From an uncultured Candidatus Altimarinota bacterium (lineage in GTDB: Bacteria > Patescibacteriota > Gracilibacteria > BD1-5 > UBA6164), in assembly GCA_938015605.1 (NCBI GenBank), contig CALLPO010000043.1:1-24606 (forward strand): a DNA stretch of 24,606 nt. Direction: 5' to 3'. Numbering within the stretch: position 1 is the stretch's first letter; each line of letters opens with the position of its first letter. Of the stretch, positions 23,842-24,606 are shown in pieces. A program made the position numbers and the translations under genes. The notes under the pieces are model-generated. The model had not been told where the DNA came from and searched no databases. It worked only from the letters and a program-made list of their open reading frames with translations.

Positions 23842-24039
23842 TTATATTCCGTCTTTAACACTCATGATATAACTATTTGTTGTTTCTAAGTTACATTGTT
23901 CTGAGAATTTTTCACTCATAATAGGATTATGAATAATGTTAGCACAATATTCTATATTTTCTGGTACAAAAGAATTATAAGCATATAAATCTGCTTGAGG
24001 AGCTATGTTCACTAAGGCAAAGAAAAGTAAAAAGTCCAT
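23842..24039 (-). CDS. Small hypothetical protein, 65 aa
   Basis: In the supplied track. Short hydrophobic N-terminus, two Cys, ends 11 nt before the Nudix start. No homology recognised. Confidence 0.45.
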   Translation of the reverse strand: MDFLLFFALVNIAPQADLYAYNSFVPENIEYCANIIHNPIMSEKFSEQCNLETTNSYIMSVKDGI

Positions 24040-24157
24040 TGATTTAACAGTTATTATTAATATACTTATTGTATAAGAAAAAAGATATTTGTAAAACTAT
24101 TTTGTTAAAAACTTATAAATGAGCCTTATTTAAAGGCTATACTATATTGAACTCTAG

Positions 24158-24606
24158 ATGAAGCACCTCAAAATAAAAATTGATAAACTGGAATTTGTGG
24201 AAGAAACTATATTGAAAGATGTAGATTTTGTGATTAATGAAAATGATAGAATTTGTATTGTTTGAAATAATGGAAGTGGTAAAACTACTCTTATGAAAAC
24301 AGTCTTGTGAGAAATCAAAAGTTTTGACGGTTTTATTGAGAATGTTGGAAATCTAACACTCGGTTACCTACATCAGATATATTCTGATAATGAGGAAAAA
24401 CTAGTTAATCAAGAGCTTAAAGAAGGCTTTATAGATGTTATTATAAAAGAAAAAGAACTAAAATTTCTTGAAGAAGAGATGACTAATGATCCAGATAATA
24501 TGCAGTTAGTTGAAGATTATTCTGTTTTACTAGAGCAATTTAGCATTATTGGATGATATGACTATAATAATAAGATTCACCAAGTTGCTAATGGTATGTG
24601 AATACT
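24158..24606 (+). CDS. ABC-F family ATPase, N-terminal part (runs off window end)
   Basis: ILKDVDFVINENDRICIVGNNGSGKTTLMK, LGYLHQ, and the ABC-F arm ending GGYDY. Confidence 0.9.

Overview
Very AT-rich bacterial chromosomal DNA that only reads correctly in genetic code 25 (TGA = Gly). That points to Gracilibacteria or Absconditabacteria (Patescibacteria/CPR). The supplied ORF track breaks at TGA and misses nearly every real gene. I re-translated the window by hand in code 25 and call 24 ORFs. In order: partial DUF1538-like gene; ORFan; VWA/Ig-repeat lipoprotein; metG; DUF1543-like protein; two membrane ORFans; S66 LD-carboxypeptidase; arsC; 2Fe-2S ferredoxin; thrombospondin type-3 repeat surface protein; 1250-aa DUF2339 protein; 45-aa ORF; minimal kinase-like ORFan; murE; dnaX; patatin; thrS; thrS leader peptide; HD/PDE-like protein; pilT; class III adenylate cyclase; Nudix protein; small ORF; partial ABC-F. 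Three highlights. (1) An apparently complete leader-peptide attenuator upstream of thrS, with a Thr-rich leader and exclusive 1:2, 2:3 and 3:4 hairpins. (2) A phosphodiesterase-like/PilT/adenylate cyclase cluster suggesting cAMP control of pilus retraction. (3) A 28-bp dif (XerC/D) site in a gene-free gap between convergent terminators. All calls come from manual translation and motif recognition; no searches were run.
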